A DNA stretch of 25,320 nucleotides from a virus (taxonomy: Duplodnaviria; Caudoviricetes). The translations under genes were made by a program, and so were the position numbers. This document shows positions 24,278 to 25,320 of this stretch, in pieces (position 1 is the stretch's first letter; every line of letters starts with the position of its first letter). The notes under the pieces are model-generated. The model was given only the letters and a program-made list of their open reading frames with translations. It made no database searches and was not told where the DNA came from. The stretch spans positions 1 to 25,320 of the IMG/VR virus record IMGVR_UViG_3300025635_000142. One strand, given 5' to 3'.

Positions 24278-24293
24278 ATGGGGTTTACACAGA

Positions 24294-24782
24294 CTACAGC
24301 GGACACTCGTCATCCCGCCTGATTGTATTGATCTCCCGAACAGACGGTCCAGACACACTCTTCTTGGGCCGCTTTTGGGCATTGATGGCATCTTTCTTCT
24401 CGTCAGCCCTATCCATCACCCTCTGATTCTCTCGCTTCACAGACTCCCATACAGACTTCCTGGAACGCTTGAACACCTCGGACATCTGCTTCTGGTACTT
24501 GGCGTGGTTCAAAACCATCCACCCGCCCGGTATCGCCTTGATTCTGCGACCCTCGTATTCAGGCGACGATGACTCTGGATCTGGACCCGCCAACTCCGCC
24601 AAAGCCTTGTTGCACTCCTCCGGCGTCAATCCAGCGGTTCTTGCCAAAGCTGATGGAACTCCAGCCACAAACCCATTCCTATCCTTCATGGCAAGCATGG
24701 TTATCCACAGGATCTTGGTTTCCTTGGACGCCATCCAAATTGAGGACATCACGATACTGGACCAAAGAGGCGTAAATGACAT
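24294..24782 (-). CDS. wHTH replisome-organiser-like phage protein
   Basis: SSIV.SSIW....KILWITMLA.KDRNG...LARTAG...PDPES.SPEYEGRRI...GGW.VLNH.KY. Confidence 0.7.
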   Translation of the reverse strand: MSFTPLWSSIVMSSIWMASKETKILWITMLAMKDRNGFVAGVPSALARTAGLTPEECNKALAELAGPDPESSSPEYEGRRIKAIPGGWMVLNHAKYQKQMSEVFKRSRKSVWESVKRENQRVMDRADEKKDAINAQKRPKKSVSGPSVREINTIRRDDECPL

Positions 24783-24847
24783 GTGGACCTTTGTGGACTC
24801 TTGTGGACCTTTTGTAAAGTGTGGACTCTTCCCGACTTAGTGTGGAC
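24782..24847. repeat. five TGTGGAC direct repeats
   Basis: Copies at 24782, 24792, 24802, 24820 and 24841, directly upstream of and touching the ATG of 24294..24782. Confidence 0.85.
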
Positions 24848-25320
24848 ACCTTAAGCTAAGGCTAAAGCTAGGGGTTATGTTGGGGGGTAGGCGCTATGCA
24901 ACCTTGGTAGTTATGGGGTGGTTTGTAGTGGGAACTACTTTTTGGAAATTGAATGGGGTGAATCACGGGCCAATACGTATAGACATCAGCACCCTCCACC
25001 CTTACCCCGCGCCCCCGTATGCGCCCTGGCGCGTAGACGCACGCCGGCGCACACGTTGACGCACGCTGGCGGGTGCGTTGTCGCGTGGGGGCGAGCGCGT
25101 CTATGCGTGCGGGCGGGCGCGGAGGGGAGGCCCGCTTTTGGCTGGGCTAAACCCGTCATGATTGTCCGAAAACTATTGAGTCTTTGCCTTGCTTCCCTTG
25201 CTTGGCTTGCGCCCCAACGGTTTACGTTCATTGCCTCCTAATTCCCCCGACAAAAGAGCGTCTAGACCGTGTGTGTGGATCAGCTTTAGCGCGAATCGCG
25301 CCGTTGAACTGGGGTGTCGC

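Noticed and set aside
24782-24847. TGTGGAC repeats as true DnaA boxes or a mini-CRISPR
   Set aside because: They diverge from TGTGGATAA in the last three positions, and the units and spacers are far too short for CRISPR.
24877-25241. ORFs 24877..25059, 24918..25241 and 24986..25231
   Set aside because: Low-complexity Arg/Ala/Pro translations of a GC-rich tract with no supporting signals.

Overview
This is a dense, mostly minus-strand early/replication region of a tailed dsDNA phage or prophage. A Verrucomicrobia-type host is weakly suggested by the integrase and SLT-like protein motifs. Recognisable genes include a beta-clamp-like protein, VRR-NUC nuclease, SSB, RecE-like exonuclease with a putative annealing protein, a secreted SLT-like protein, a tyrosine recombinase, a glycosyltransferase/methyltransferase cassette, DnaB, a lambda-O-like initiator with internal iterons, MazG-like and DUF3310 nucleotide enzymes, a C5 DNA methyltransferase, an HNH endonuclease and many small ORFs. 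The most striking feature is at 18466-18904 (-): a promoter followed by a tandem array of four tRNA-shaped RNAs. All four have perfect 7-bp acceptor stems but none has a canonical anticodon arm. One lacks the arm entirely, one has insertions in both D- and T-loops, and two have 6-nt anticodon loops. A recurring promoter architecture (TTGAC-16/17-TACAAA-like-6/7 nt-start codon) suggests leaderless transcription, and two sites have back-to-back GTCAA-N3-TTGAC divergent promoters. All calls are by eye from motifs; no searches were run.
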